Virus record (IMG/VR): IMGVR_UViG_3300029309_000012
Origin: an uncultured virus (IMG/VR IMGVR_UViG_3300029309_000012)
Lineage: Duplodnaviria; Heunggongvirae; Uroviricota; Caudoviricetes
Reading direction: 5' to 3' (one strand)
DNA: 64,000 bases
Shown here piece by piece: positions 17,212 to 25,882 of the stretch (positions are counted from its first letter, which is position 1; the number at the start of each line of letters is the position of its first letter). A program made the position numbers and the translations under genes. The notes below the pieces were generated by a model. The model was not told the DNA's origin. It saw only the letters and a list, made by a program, of their open reading frames with translations, and did not search any database.

Positions 17212-18903
17212 TTAATATCCGAATGTCGCGTCGTGAACTTGGTGGACTTGATTCTTGATTGCGCCGAGTTGTTTGTGGATCGACGAGTATCCGCTCACTC
17301 GTGTCATCAACATGTAGCGTAAGGCGTCGTACGCGTGATCTTCTGACTTAGTGTCTACATCTTCACTGTTGCTTTTCGACAGGGGTATACCCGCAAGCTG
17401 TTTGATTATATTCTGACACGAAGAGAAGATACGTAGACGCGGTTCGTTCGTGTACGGATCGTCAGCGAGGCGACGATGTATTTCCATCTTCCCCTGAATA
17501 CGATTACGGTCGGATGGCGTCCATCGCACACCGACTCGCATCATCGTCTCTGCTATCGATGGACCGAAGCCTGTTTTATTCCAGCACGACGAGTCGAGGA
17601 CCGTATAGTACGGTAACGGATCGAGTTGTTCTGCTTCTAATATTCTATCGGCTAACTCTTCTGCTGTCAAGTGTTTAGCATATAGTTCGCGATAAATCCA
17701 GATATTATTGTCCCAGTCAATAGCCCCCCACAAAACGCACGACGGACTCGCATAGCCGTAGTCCGCCGCTCGTATGCGGGGCCAGTTGGTAGGAAGGTCA
17801 TAAGGCTCGACAACATGACGCACTCGTGAAAACTCGGGAAAGGCCGCTCCCTCCGCCACGTCCCAATCACCTTCGAGGAGTCGCCTTCGTTCGACATCCG
17901 GGAGCGACCTGAGCATAGCCTCGTATTGGCCGTCTGCCATCAGGTAGGGATTGTCGGTCAACCGCGCCGGTACGAATTTGCGAAGGAACAGCGGCTGACC
18001 TGCTTTCTCGTGACTGTCAGGCCACAGAAAGTCTTTTTTGGTTTCTATATCGAAGGCAGGAAAAGGCTTGTTTGGTTCGATGCCATCGATATAAGTCTTC
18101 TTGACCCACCAACCACCCACTCCTCCGGGGTTGGCTGTGCAGCGCATGTACAGGTGTTGCTGGAGTTCAGGATCAGTAGTACGAAGGCGAGAACGCAGGT
18201 AATCCCATACGTACGGTGTGGGATACTGTGTGATCTCATCGATGCCTATCCAGTTGAACGCCTGACCTTGAAAGCGCGTCACGTCTTTGTCTTTGTCGAG
18301 GTACGTAAACCACATCGTCGCCCCGGACGGAAAGACCCACGTCGACTTCGACTCTCGGAACTTCGCACCCGGAAATGCCTTCGGGTAGAGTTGACGAGAC
18401 TTGTCGATCAGTTCGGTTAGCTCGTCGAGAGTACGCCTAAGAAGAAGCCCACGATGATTAGGGTTGTGACAGTAGCGCAAAGGATCGGCCAAGAGAGCGA
18501 AAGATTTACCGCCCCCTGCTGCACCACCGTAGAGTACGTCTCGCTCACCCGCCGACAGAAATTCCGTTTGCGGACCCGTATTCGGTTGGAAGACGACTTC
18601 ACTTTCGCCGACAAGTTCCGATACTGGGTCTGGCAGATCAGCCACATCCCCAAGATCGATTGTGGCAGACTGATTGCCGACAAGAGCGTTTTCAACTTTG
18701 GTAGCCTGTTCTTCGAGCTTTCGGGCATAGCGGCGTTTATCCTCTGCTGCTTTGGTTGATTTTGCGGCACGACGCTTTGCAGCATTGACACGTTTCGTCG
18801 CTGCACGCCTTGCACGCTCCTTTGTAGACAGGTTATATGTGGCTTTTGGCGCATTAGGGTCTTTTTTTGGTCTGCCGCGCCTCTTGGGGGCTTCTTCAGC
18901 CAT
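17212..18903 (-). CDS. terL: Terminase large subunit
   Basis: Walker A GGAAGGGKS, Walker B WIGIDE, TANPGG, nuclease motifs AADYGY and DHAYDALRY. Confidence 0.95.
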   Translation of the reverse strand: MAEEAPKRRGRPKKDPNAPKATYNLSTKERARRAATKRVNAAKRRAAKSTKAAEDKRRYARKLEEQATKVENALVGNQSATIDLGDVADLPDPVSELVGESEVVFQPNTGPQTEFLSAGERDVLYGGAAGGGKSFALLADPLRYCHNPNHRGLLLRRTLDELTELIDKSRQLYPKAFPGAKFRESKSTWVFPSGATMWFTYLDKDKDVTRFQGQAFNWIGIDEITQYPTPYVWDYLRSRLRTTDPELQQHLYMRCTANPGGVGGWWVKKTYIDGIEPNKPFPAFDIETKKDFLWPDSHEKAGQPLFLRKFVPARLTDNPYLMADGQYEAMLRSLPDVERRRLLEGDWDVAEGAAFPEFSRVRHVVEPYDLPTNWPRIRAADYGYASPSCVLWGAIDWDNNIWIYRELYAKHLTAEELADRILEAEQLDPLPYYTVLDSSCWNKTGFGPSIAETMMRVGVRWTPSDRNRIQGKMEIHRRLADDPYTNEPRLRIFSSCQNIIKQLAGIPLSKSNSEDVDTKSEDHAYDALRYMLMTRVSGYSSIHKQLGAIKNQVHQVHDATFGY

Positions 18904-19300
18904 CGATGACTACTTCGTTCTTCGGTGGCAACAGAACTACACCGTGCATTGCCGTGACATTGTGGTTTATCTGCTCTGGAGCGCGTACGCCGACGCGTGT
19001 GAGGAGCGATTCTGCTGCCTTGAGACGTAAGTCGTCACCGCGTTCGGGGGCGGGATTGTCTATTGTCGTGACGAGGCGGTTAGCTGCTTTGATCGCATTG
19101 ACGGAAAGGATGTCTTTTGTGCGTTCGACGATCTCATCGGCTAGAGTTTTCTTGAGCCACTGGCTCGAACCCTTCGAATAACCCGCATCTACGGCTGCTT
19201 GAGTGACGTTTCCGCCGTTTTCGAAGAGATTATCGAGAAACGTACGCTGTTGGGGCGTCAATTCGCGTTCTTTTACGGGTTTTTGCGGAAGTAAATTCAT
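18896..19300 (-). CDS. terS: Terminase small subunit
   Basis: LTPQQRTF...GNVTQAAVDAGYS HTH; directly upstream of terL; start at 19300 just after a promoter. Confidence 0.85.
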   Translation of the reverse strand: MNLLPQKPVKERELTPQQRTFLDNLFENGGNVTQAAVDAGYSKGSSQWLKKTLADEIVERTKDILSVNAIKAANRLVTTIDNPAPERGDDLRLKAAESLLTRVGVRAPEQINHNVTAMHGVVLLPPKNEVVIDG

Positions 19301-19309
19301 AATATCACA

Positions 19310-19338
19310 AGTATAGGAGCTATTTTCGGTGTTGTCAA
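19310..19338 (-). promoter_or_regulatory. sigma70 promoter for the terS/late operon
   Basis: TTGACA-17-TATACT, ATG 9 nt downstream. Confidence 0.8.
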
Positions 19339-19347
19339 CTTTTTTTC

Positions 19348-19376
19348 TTGACAAATCCGGAATCTGACAGTACACT
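19348..19376 (+). promoter_or_regulatory. Divergent sigma70 promoter facing the non-coding region
   Basis: TTGACA-17-TACACT. Confidence 0.7.
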
Positions 19377-19844
19377 GCGTGTAAGACCCGCTGGGATATA
19401 CACCCGTATCTGCAAAAGTGGCCCAGTAAGGAACCGCCGGTACCCCCTTAAGGTGTACGTTTTGGTATTTCATTGCGGTGTACGTTTTTACGTATGCCTA
19501 TTACTCCAAAAAAGTAAAATTGCTGTCGGGATTGCATGCAAATGCGGGGGTACCCCGGGTGGCCCATGCGTGCCTACGCGCACGGCATATTTCTTTTAGT
19601 TTTTCTTGTCGCAGTATGCCCTCGCCGAGGCGGCCCCCACCCATCAAAACACACCCAGCGATTTATCCCGCCGGATATATAGCGGGTCACCCGTCGCGCA
19701 CGCGCACGCGTTGCCTAGTTTGTCATGCCGGTAATGGCCCGATGCCCTCAATAGATGCCAGAAAGCGCAGCAATACCCGAACAAGCAACCCGCCGAAATA
19801 TCCCGCCGATACAAGCCGCAAGCGATATATCCGACAACCGCCCA

Positions 19845-19875
19845 TAAAAAACCCCCAGCACTAAGGCCGGGGGAG
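19845..19875 (-). terminator. Intrinsic terminator of the early operon
   Basis: CCCCCGGC-cttagt-GCTGGGGG followed by TTTTTT on the minus strand. Confidence 0.8.
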
Positions 19876-19900
19876 TTGGGGAGGAAAGGGTTGTCGGTGA

Positions 19901-20125
19901 TTAATCGTCTTTGGTCACCTTGAAGTTGCCCACCTTGATAGAACGCGGCGATGAGCTACCAATGTAGTTAGTAAAACCCATCGAATCCATAAACGATTCT
20001 AAGCCCCGGATCTGGTTGTTGATCGCATCGAGATGACAACGAAGCACGCGGATTTCGTGCTCAGTAATCGCGAAAACATCGGCAGCTTCGCCAGTGGTCA
20101 GTTCGTTCTTAATCGTGCTTTGCAT
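19901..20125 (-). CDS. Hypothetical early protein
   Basis: Start MQSTIKNEL with GGAG RBS. Confidence 0.65.
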   Translation of the reverse strand: MQSTIKNELTTGEAADVFAITEHEIRVLRCHLDAINNQIRGLESFMDSMGFTNYIGSSSPRSIKVGNFKVTKDD

Positions 20126-20186
20126 CGCAAGTTCTCCGTTGGTAAATGAGGCCGGTAGAAGCACCGGCCCCAATGTTGTACGTTTT

Positions 20187-20594
20187 TTAGGCCGATCTGG
20201 CAAGCCGATATATTTTGTAGTACCCGCCCCGGTTGTTCCCGGTATTTTTCGCCTCTATGTCGTAACCCGCCTTTCGCAGATCACTCAGGTAGGAATATAC
20301 CGATCTCTTCTGGACACCCATATGCCCGGCAAGAGTAGGCACGGCGATGAACCCCTGCGACATCCAGCGAATAGCGCAGTAGTGGGTTGACGTCAGTTCG
20401 ACATCGTCGTTCGGCTGCAGGACCGATTCAGGCAGCGGCGGCTCTTCGATTTCAGCTTCCGCTATCTGTTCCGCAAACAACGTCCCGCGCAATTTGTTGA
20501 TTAGCTGGTCGCGTTCGTCCTGTCGAATAATCAGCTCAAACCGATCAGCCAGTTTCACAAATTGGTCGACAAGTTCTTTCGGTAGTTCTCTCAT
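20187..20594 (-). CDS. HTH DNA-binding protein
   Basis: C-terminal winged-HTH pattern VPTLAGHMGVQKRSVYSYLSDLRKAGYDI. Confidence 0.7.
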   Translation of the reverse strand: MRELPKELVDQFVKLADRFELIIRQDERDQLINKLRGTLFAEQIAEAEIEEPPLPESVLQPNDDVELTSTHYCAIRWMSQGFIAVPTLAGHMGVQKRSVYSYLSDLRKAGYDIEAKNTGNNRGGYYKIYRLARSA

Positions 20595-20695
20595 TTCTTT
20601 GTTCCCTTCTTTGTTTAGAATTGCATGATCGCCGTGATCAAGACGATTAAGAAGCACAAAACCGCCAAGCGGTACGCTATTAGAAGCGCTTCCAA

Positions 20696-21715
20696 TTACG
20701 CCACCTTTCGCTCGAGACCGCGCCAGAAGTCAGACTCGATCACCGTCCGCACTTCGTCAGCCCGTCTAGTCGCGACAAGTTCCCGGTTACTATTCCGGGC
20801 TTGGATATTCGGGAGATGGGTCGAGTAGTGTGTGAGGGCATTATAAGCAGCCCACAAGGTCGAACCCAGTTCGGGGGTCTCTTCCTTGAACCGCTCCAGC
20901 AGCCAATTTAGCTTTCGCTCATTAATCGCCAGATTCTCGTCTAGCTTGGCAGCCCGGGTATTCTTCCGGCATATGGTCGCCTTGAGCATCCGCAGCAGGT
21001 CGAATTCCGAGCAGTGGCTGTTCTGCCAGACTTCCATCTGGTCACGCTGGTTCGTCCACATGTCGAGGCCCACTTCCGCCTTTTTCATCATGGCGTCGAC
21101 ATCGATGTGCCCCTTGTGAATCTTCCTCTGGTGGTACGATTTCTGCCCACCAAACACTAACGAGTTGCGGCACAAGTCACGGTAGGCACCCGAAAACACC
21201 TGAAAGGCCCATGACAGGTCGACCGAATTAAAAATGTCCATGCGGCATTTCACAAGGTCAATCTGCCCGGTACGGGTCCGGGTTTCGGTGTTAAGGTCGT
21301 TGAACATCACCGTCCGATGCACCCGTTTACCGTTGCCATAGATACGATCAACAACCGACACGTTATCGGTTGGCAGCGGAGATTCCGCCAGCAGCGCGGC
21401 TTGTTTCCCAAAAAGGGTATCGTGCGGAATTAGGGCATAGTGCCGGGACACTGGCCGGACATCCAACAGCGCATCGGTCGCCCGATTATACAATGCCGAA
21501 TAACCGTCGACAGGTCGGTCGGTCATTATGTCAAATTCCATCCGATCATCGTAGGCACGAACAGGCGTGCTGGCAGTGAGCGGCACCCGCTCCACCTTTG
21601 CGTACTTGCTGTAAAGGCTCACATCAGACGGATTGCCATGTTTCGAATAAATCTCGTCACCGTGTTTCACGGCGTTATCGATAGCGGTGGTTTCTTGTTC
21701 GATTAGGTCAAGCAT
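20696..21715 (-). CDS. DUF932-like phage/plasmid protein
   Basis: VSRHYALIPH, FNSVDLS, YRDLCRNSL, H..H and TLWAAYNALTHYSTH motifs. Confidence 0.75.
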   Translation of the reverse strand: MLDLIEQETTAIDNAVKHGDEIYSKHGNPSDVSLYSKYAKVERVPLTASTPVRAYDDRMEFDIMTDRPVDGYSALYNRATDALLDVRPVSRHYALIPHDTLFGKQAALLAESPLPTDNVSVVDRIYGNGKRVHRTVMFNDLNTETRTRTGQIDLVKCRMDIFNSVDLSWAFQVFSGAYRDLCRNSLVFGGQKSYHQRKIHKGHIDVDAMMKKAEVGLDMWTNQRDQMEVWQNSHCSEFDLLRMLKATICRKNTRAAKLDENLAINERKLNWLLERFKEETPELGSTLWAAYNALTHYSTHLPNIQARNSNRELVATRRADEVRTVIESDFWRGLERKVA

Positions 21716-21928
21716 GATTAGTTCTCCTTTGTTCATGCGTTGTTGGTAGTTGAATCATGGCACACAATTTGCACCAGTTGAACCCCCGCGCCGAAAATTT
21801 TTTCGGGCGGTTGGACGCAGCCCCGCGACTCGCCGCGCCCGTCGATCAGCCCGTCGCCCCGCCCCCGAACGCGGCAGGAAGCTCCAGCCAATCCCCAAAA
21901 AACGTACATATTAGCGTCGGCCCGTTTG

Positions 21929-22546
21929 TCATGTGATGCCGTGCCGGTCGCGCCAGACGCGCCAAGTAATCGCTTGTAGTTGGTAGGGCATGAGGCCGAG
22001 CCGTTCCGCTGCTGCCTCATACGCAGCCTGAAGAGCGCGATACTCACGGACGCCGATGTTGGTCCGGTCGTCAGTGAGGCCGACGCGCTCACCATAGGCG
22101 ATGTTCCGGGCGTGGCCGTCTATGGTCACGTTGAACTCGCCCATGATATCCATAAAAAAGGACGTGATTTTTTGTCCCTTCAGCATACGTTTTGCGCCGT
22201 CGTAATCCGGACGCGCCGCCAAGATGTCCCATGCCTTCTGTTTCATCTTGTTATATGTCGAGACTTTCACCGCGTCGATGCCGTCACCATTCACAAAGGC
22301 ACCGATTAACGCGTCAGCATTTGTCAAGTTACGTGACCATCTGTTGTTAGGTGAAAGCGCGGCGATAACAGCAACCGCAATATAAACCGCAATGTCATAT
22401 TTTACCGCGATGAGATATGCCGCCTTCTGTGCGTTTTCATACCAGACAAGCCCCTCGTTATGCTGGACGCAGTCAGCATCACGGTAGACGCTGGTAATAT
22501 TGTAGATCATCTTTTCGTGATCGATAAGCGCGGCCTGTTTTGTCAT
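21929..22546 (-). CDS. Conserved phage protein (WY...AALSP...GQKITSF...VTIDGH...LQAITW family)
   Basis: 205 aa; motif pattern reminiscent of HhH-glycosylase-like phage proteins, function uncertain. Confidence 0.6.
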   Translation of the reverse strand: MTKQAALIDHEKMIYNITSVYRDADCVQHNEGLVWYENAQKAAYLIAVKYDIAVYIAVAVIAALSPNNRWSRNLTNADALIGAFVNGDGIDAVKVSTYNKMKQKAWDILAARPDYDGAKRMLKGQKITSFFMDIMGEFNVTIDGHARNIAYGERVGLTDDRTNIGVREYRALQAAYEAAAERLGLMPYQLQAITWRVWRDRHGIT

Positions 22547-22711
22547 GTGATTACCTTTCGTTAGAAAACGATGTCGGAAACCTACGGGTAATATCCGCCC
22601 CGGTCAAGCGGTTTTATTTTCTCGCCCTGTTCCCGCAGCCAGCACGACGGACAACGAAGCTGTCCGCCATCTTTGGTTAATGCCGGTTCGCCGCACACGT
22701 CGCACGGGTAG

Positions 22712-22936
22712 TTAGTAGACAGAGTAGTCTTTAGCGTCGGTCGATTTGTCTTTGGCGTCGTCCGGTTTGCCATGCTCTTGTGGTTCGTTTGCCACGATGT
22801 CACTGTCTAGCCACTCCGCGCGTAATTTATTATAGATATCGATGCAAGATTCGCCATGTTTTGCCGTCCACTCTTCGCGGGTCATGCACAAGGCGTCCTC
22901 TTCCATTTCGATTAGCCAATCACTTACTCTGCCCAT
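22712..22936 (-). CDS. Hypothetical early protein
   Basis: 74 aa, MGRVSDWLIEMEEDA start, coupled to the upstream gene. Confidence 0.55.
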   Translation of the reverse strand: MGRVSDWLIEMEEDALCMTREEWTAKHGESCIDIYNKLRAEWLDSDIVANEPQEHGKPDDAKDKSTDAKDYSVY

Positions 22937-23252
22937 CTCGTGTACCTACCTTTCTTTCGTAGCGTTCGATAGCTGCTATAGTGTAGTCGACCTGCGTATA
23001 TATTTTGTCGAGGTCTTCTGACATGATTTCAATATATTCCATCGCTTCCTTTGTCTGTGTCAAGAGGGCGCGGAGACCTGCAGTAGTGACAGCTTTGGCG
23101 CGGAACATCTCGCCACTGCCGTCACACTGTTCACACTCACCCATCACGCCGACAAGATCACCACCACGGATAGGATCGGGCCTAGCCTCTTCGTACTCGA
23201 CGACGCCCTCTCCGCCACAGTCCCAGCATTCACAGCGTTCTACCTTTGCCAT
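22920..23252 (-). CDS. DnaJ-type zinc-finger protein
   Basis: CWDCGGEG and CEQCDGSG (CxxCxGxG twice). Confidence 0.7.
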   Translation of the reverse strand: MAKVERCECWDCGGEGVVEYEEARPDPIRGGDLVGVMGECEQCDGSGEMFRAKAVTTAGLRALLTQTKEAMEYIEIMSEDLDKIYTQVDYTIAAIERYERKVGTRDGQSK

Positions 23253-23392
23253 CAACCAAACCTTTCGATAACACCGACGACGGCGTGGTACGCCATCCAA
23301 ACCAGAAAGCCAAGCACACACGCAAACAGAAGCATCTCTATGCCGTCGTGTGTGAGGTAGTAGTCCCTCACCCTGTGCCACAGCTTACTCAT
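23252..23392 (-). CDS. Small membrane protein
   Basis: MSKLWHRV... with one TM segment, overlapping neighbours. Confidence 0.55.
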   Translation of the reverse strand: MSKLWHRVRDYYLTHDGIEMLLFACVLGFLVWMAYHAVVGVIERFG

Positions 23393-23666
23393 GTTCACCC
23401 CCGTTACCTCGTCCCAAGCCACCGAAATACTGCGGCTTACGTTTTGCCGTCTCGAAGACACCCAGCGTGATAAAGATACCAGCAAGCAGGATTGCGTGAA
23501 CAAGCGCACTCACACCGAACACTACAATCGATCCTACCCACGACGAAAATATTATACACCACATCCACGCAAGAACTTGCATGATCATATGCCGAGTGTT
23601 GAGGTCGGGGATGTTGGACAGCGGGTTCTTTGCGCTGTCCATCACCAGTTGATAGAGCCTAGTCAT
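23385..23666 (-). CDS. Membrane protein
   Basis: NPLSNIPD...QVLAWMWCIIFS, two TM segments, GRGNGGEHE end. Confidence 0.65.
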   Translation of the reverse strand: MTRLYQLVMDSAKNPLSNIPDLNTRHMIMQVLAWMWCIIFSSWVGSIVVFGVSALVHAILLAGIFITLGVFETAKRKPQYFGGLGRGNGGEHE

Positions 23667-23847
23667 ACTCTGTTTCCCATCGTTTCTTTGCCAAGTCGAC
23701 AGCGGCGTTGTGTAAGTCTTCTTCGCTTCGAAATAGACAAGCGGAATGATGCCCATACATCTTGTATGGCTTAAAGCGGGAAAGCAACTCTTCGATGGCC
23801 TCGTCGTACAAGCGTTCAAGGGTCATCTCGTTCTGATGATTACTCAC
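23659..23847 (-). CDS. Hypothetical protein
   Basis: 62 aa coupled ORF. Confidence 0.55.
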   Translation of the reverse strand: MSNHQNEMTLERLYDEAIEELLSRFKPYKMYGHHSACLFRSEEDLHNAAVDLAKKRWETEYD

Positions 23848-24079
23848 TCTTCAACTCCGCATCCTCTGCGTACACCCAGTCAGCATACCAAAAACTATTG
23901 CCATCCTCGTTTTTTCTTGGCTGGAAATTGCCAACTTGATGAAGAATGCAGATGGCTTCTTCGATGTCACGTATTTGCGATAGAGTTATATCCCGACAGT
24001 CATCGATATAGCTGATGGTGTTACGCAGTTTATTGTGTGCAGCGAGCATGTCTTTTCTTTGCTTCGTTGTGATTTCCAT
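23840..24079 (-). CDS. Hypothetical protein
   Basis: 79 aa with AAGGAGA RBS. Confidence 0.65.
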   Translation of the reverse strand: MEITTKQRKDMLAAHNKLRNTISYIDDCRDITLSQIRDIEEAICILHQVGNFQPRKNEDGNSFWYADWVYAEDAELKSE

Positions 24080-24147
24080 GTGTCAATCTCCTTTGTTTGA
24101 CGTTGTGCTAATTACCTATGCATATAACGTACACCGTCGTCAAGCAC

Positions 24148-24181
24148 AAAAAACGGGGCCAGTCGATAAAGACCAGCCCCG
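24148..24181 (-). terminator. Intrinsic terminator
   Basis: CGGGGCTGGTC-tttatc-GACTGGCCCCG followed by TTTTTT. Confidence 0.75.
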
Positions 24182-24212
24182 CTTACTTTTGCTACCAACA
24201 ACAAAAGGAGAA

Positions 24213-24476
24213 CTACCACACCTCGTATGGTATGCAGAGTTTTAACACCACTCTTTCGTACCTGTCAAGCCACCATTTGCACTCGCGTTCAGATTTCGAT
24301 ACGAACACCGTAGACCACTTGGGGTAGTCGATATTGTGTCGTGACTTCACGCCGTTGCGTGGCGTCTCACCTAAACGTACAGACGACAGGGGTGCCACCA
24401 CCTCCCACCGTCCTGCCGACTCGACGACTTCAGGAACGAGACGCTCCCCCTTACGATCACGGAATGTTCTTTTCAT
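24213..24476 (-). CDS. Hypothetical protein
   Basis: 87 aa coupled ORF. Confidence 0.55.
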   Translation of the reverse strand: MKRTFRDRKGERLVPEVVESAGRWEVVAPLSSVRLGETPRNGVKSRHNIDYPKWSTVFVSKSERECKWWLDRYERVVLKLCIPYEVW

Positions 24477-24660
24477 CAGAGTAATCCTCTACTCGAATAC
24501 ACAGTGCTTCCTGATTTACAGGCATCACTTCCCAAAATTCTACTGTCGATGCGAAGTAACACTCTGCCATCGTGTTGTACACGCCGATGCGTTCGAAATC
24601 AAATTCTTCGCTACTGAAGGCTGTTACTGCCAACAGCACCCACGCTACTGTCGTTTCCAT
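24457..24660 (-). CDS. Small two-Cys protein with hydrophobic N-terminus
   Basis: 67 aa with GAGGAG RBS. Confidence 0.6.
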   Translation of the reverse strand: METTVAWVLLAVTAFSSEEFDFERIGVYNTMAECYFASTVEFWEVMPVNQEALCIRVEDYSDEKNIP

Positions 24661-24844
24661 TCGTCTCCTCTATCGCGTCGATGTAGATGTCAATCGATTC
24701 GCGTATGACATCAGCCACAGACACCTGTTCTCTGCTGGTTTCCTGTAGCATCTTTGCGTGTCTGTCGAGTACGTCATACTGTTTGACGGTCATCAACAAC
24801 TTGTATTGTTTAGTAGGTTCATCGAGTTTTGCTGGTCGTGCCAT
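24611..24844 (-). CDS. Ribbon-helix-helix transcription regulator
   Basis: MARP...YKLLM strand, helix, SVADVIRESIDIY helix. Confidence 0.65.
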   Translation of the reverse strand: MARPAKLDEPTKQYKLLMTVKQYDVLDRHAKMLQETSREQVSVADVIRESIDIYIDAIEETNGNDSSVGAVGSNSLQ

Positions 24845-25000
24845 CCTTCATCTCTTTTCGTTGTTCCTTTTCAAGTTTCTTTCTTCGTTTGTTAGGTACA
24901 ACCTTGTTACGATATTTATCATCCCTTAAGGATTTAGCTATCGGATTAATTTTATTAATCTTAGTCATAATAGGGGTATCCCTAAAGGGGTATTATACAT

Positions 25001-25071
25001 AGGTTAGTTAGCGTAGCTGGGCTTGTCAAACAAAAAATGCTCTTGACCGAGTTACCGATGTCCATTACTGT
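25001..25071. promoter_or_regulatory. Back-to-back divergent sigma70 promoters (early leftward, replication rightward)
   Basis: Minus strand TTGACA-17-TAACCT (25029-25001); plus strand TTGACC-17-TACTGT (25043-25071). Confidence 0.65.
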
Positions 25072-25078
25072 CGCCGAC

Positions 25079-25882
25079 ATGAAATCACCAACGTGGCTCA
25101 AATCATACGTCGAAGGACTCGACATCGTACCGAATACGAAGTACCGCTCCGACTGCCCAGTCTGCGGTAAACGTAATACGTTCTCTGTGACGGACAATGG
25201 CTTACAACGGCTATGGTATTGTTTTCATGCGGATTGTAACGTGTCGGGTCGAACGGGAGTGACGTTGTCGAAAAATACGTCGAAGGATATATTCACACCG
25301 AAACAACAACCGCTTTCCATTACCAATACTTTTTCTGAATTCGAGATGCCGGACACGTTCGTATCGGTCGGTCGAAGCCTCGACGCAGAACTCTATCTGC
25401 GTAGGGTGGGGGCGTACGATGCGTACCTCGCGGGGGCCGTAGACTTACGCTACGATGTTCGAATGAACCGTGTGGTATTCCTGATACGTGATGGAAAGAA
25501 AATTGTAGATGCAGCGGGGAGAGCTTTAGATGGACGTGGCCCTAAGTGGTATCGTTATGGATCAAGTAGAAGTCCTTTTGTTTCTGGCACAAGTTCATCT
25601 GTTGCCTGTGTTGTGGAAGATTGTGCCTCTGCTTGTAGTGTGTGCAGTGTTGTCTCGGGCGTGGCCCTCTTAGGAACTAATCTTCTTGCGGAACACATCG
25701 ATGTATTGAAACAATATGATCGTGTGTTCGTAGCCCTCGACAAAGACGCTACTGACAAGGCGATTGCTATGGTACGAACGCTTCACTCGCATGTTCCGAC
25801 ACGCCTGATGGTTTTACGAACGGACTTGAAGAACATGGAAAGGACACAACGACATGAGTTCATACGATCCTACCTCGATTGA
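25079..25882 (+). CDS. DNA primase (zinc finger plus TOPRIM)
   Basis: CPVC...CFHADC zinc finger; VVED and ALDKD TOPRIM motifs. Confidence 0.9.
   Translation: MKSPTWLKSYVEGLDIVPNTKYRSDCPVCGKRNTFSVTDNGLQRLWYCFHADCNVSGRTGVTLSKNTSKDIFTPKQQPLSITNTFSEFEMPDTFVSVGRSLDAELYLRRVGAYDAYLAGAVDLRYDVRMNRVVFLIRDGKKIVDAAGRALDGRGPKWYRYGSSRSPFVSGTSSSVACVVEDCASACSVCSVVSGVALLGTNLLAEHIDVLKQYDRVFVALDKDATDKAIAMVRTLHSHVPTRLMVLRTDLKNMERTQRHEFIRSYLD

Noticed and set aside
19478..19864. 128-aa plus-strand ORF behind the rightward promoter
   Set aside because: Non-ATG start, no RBS and P/R-rich composition typical of non-coding GC-rich DNA
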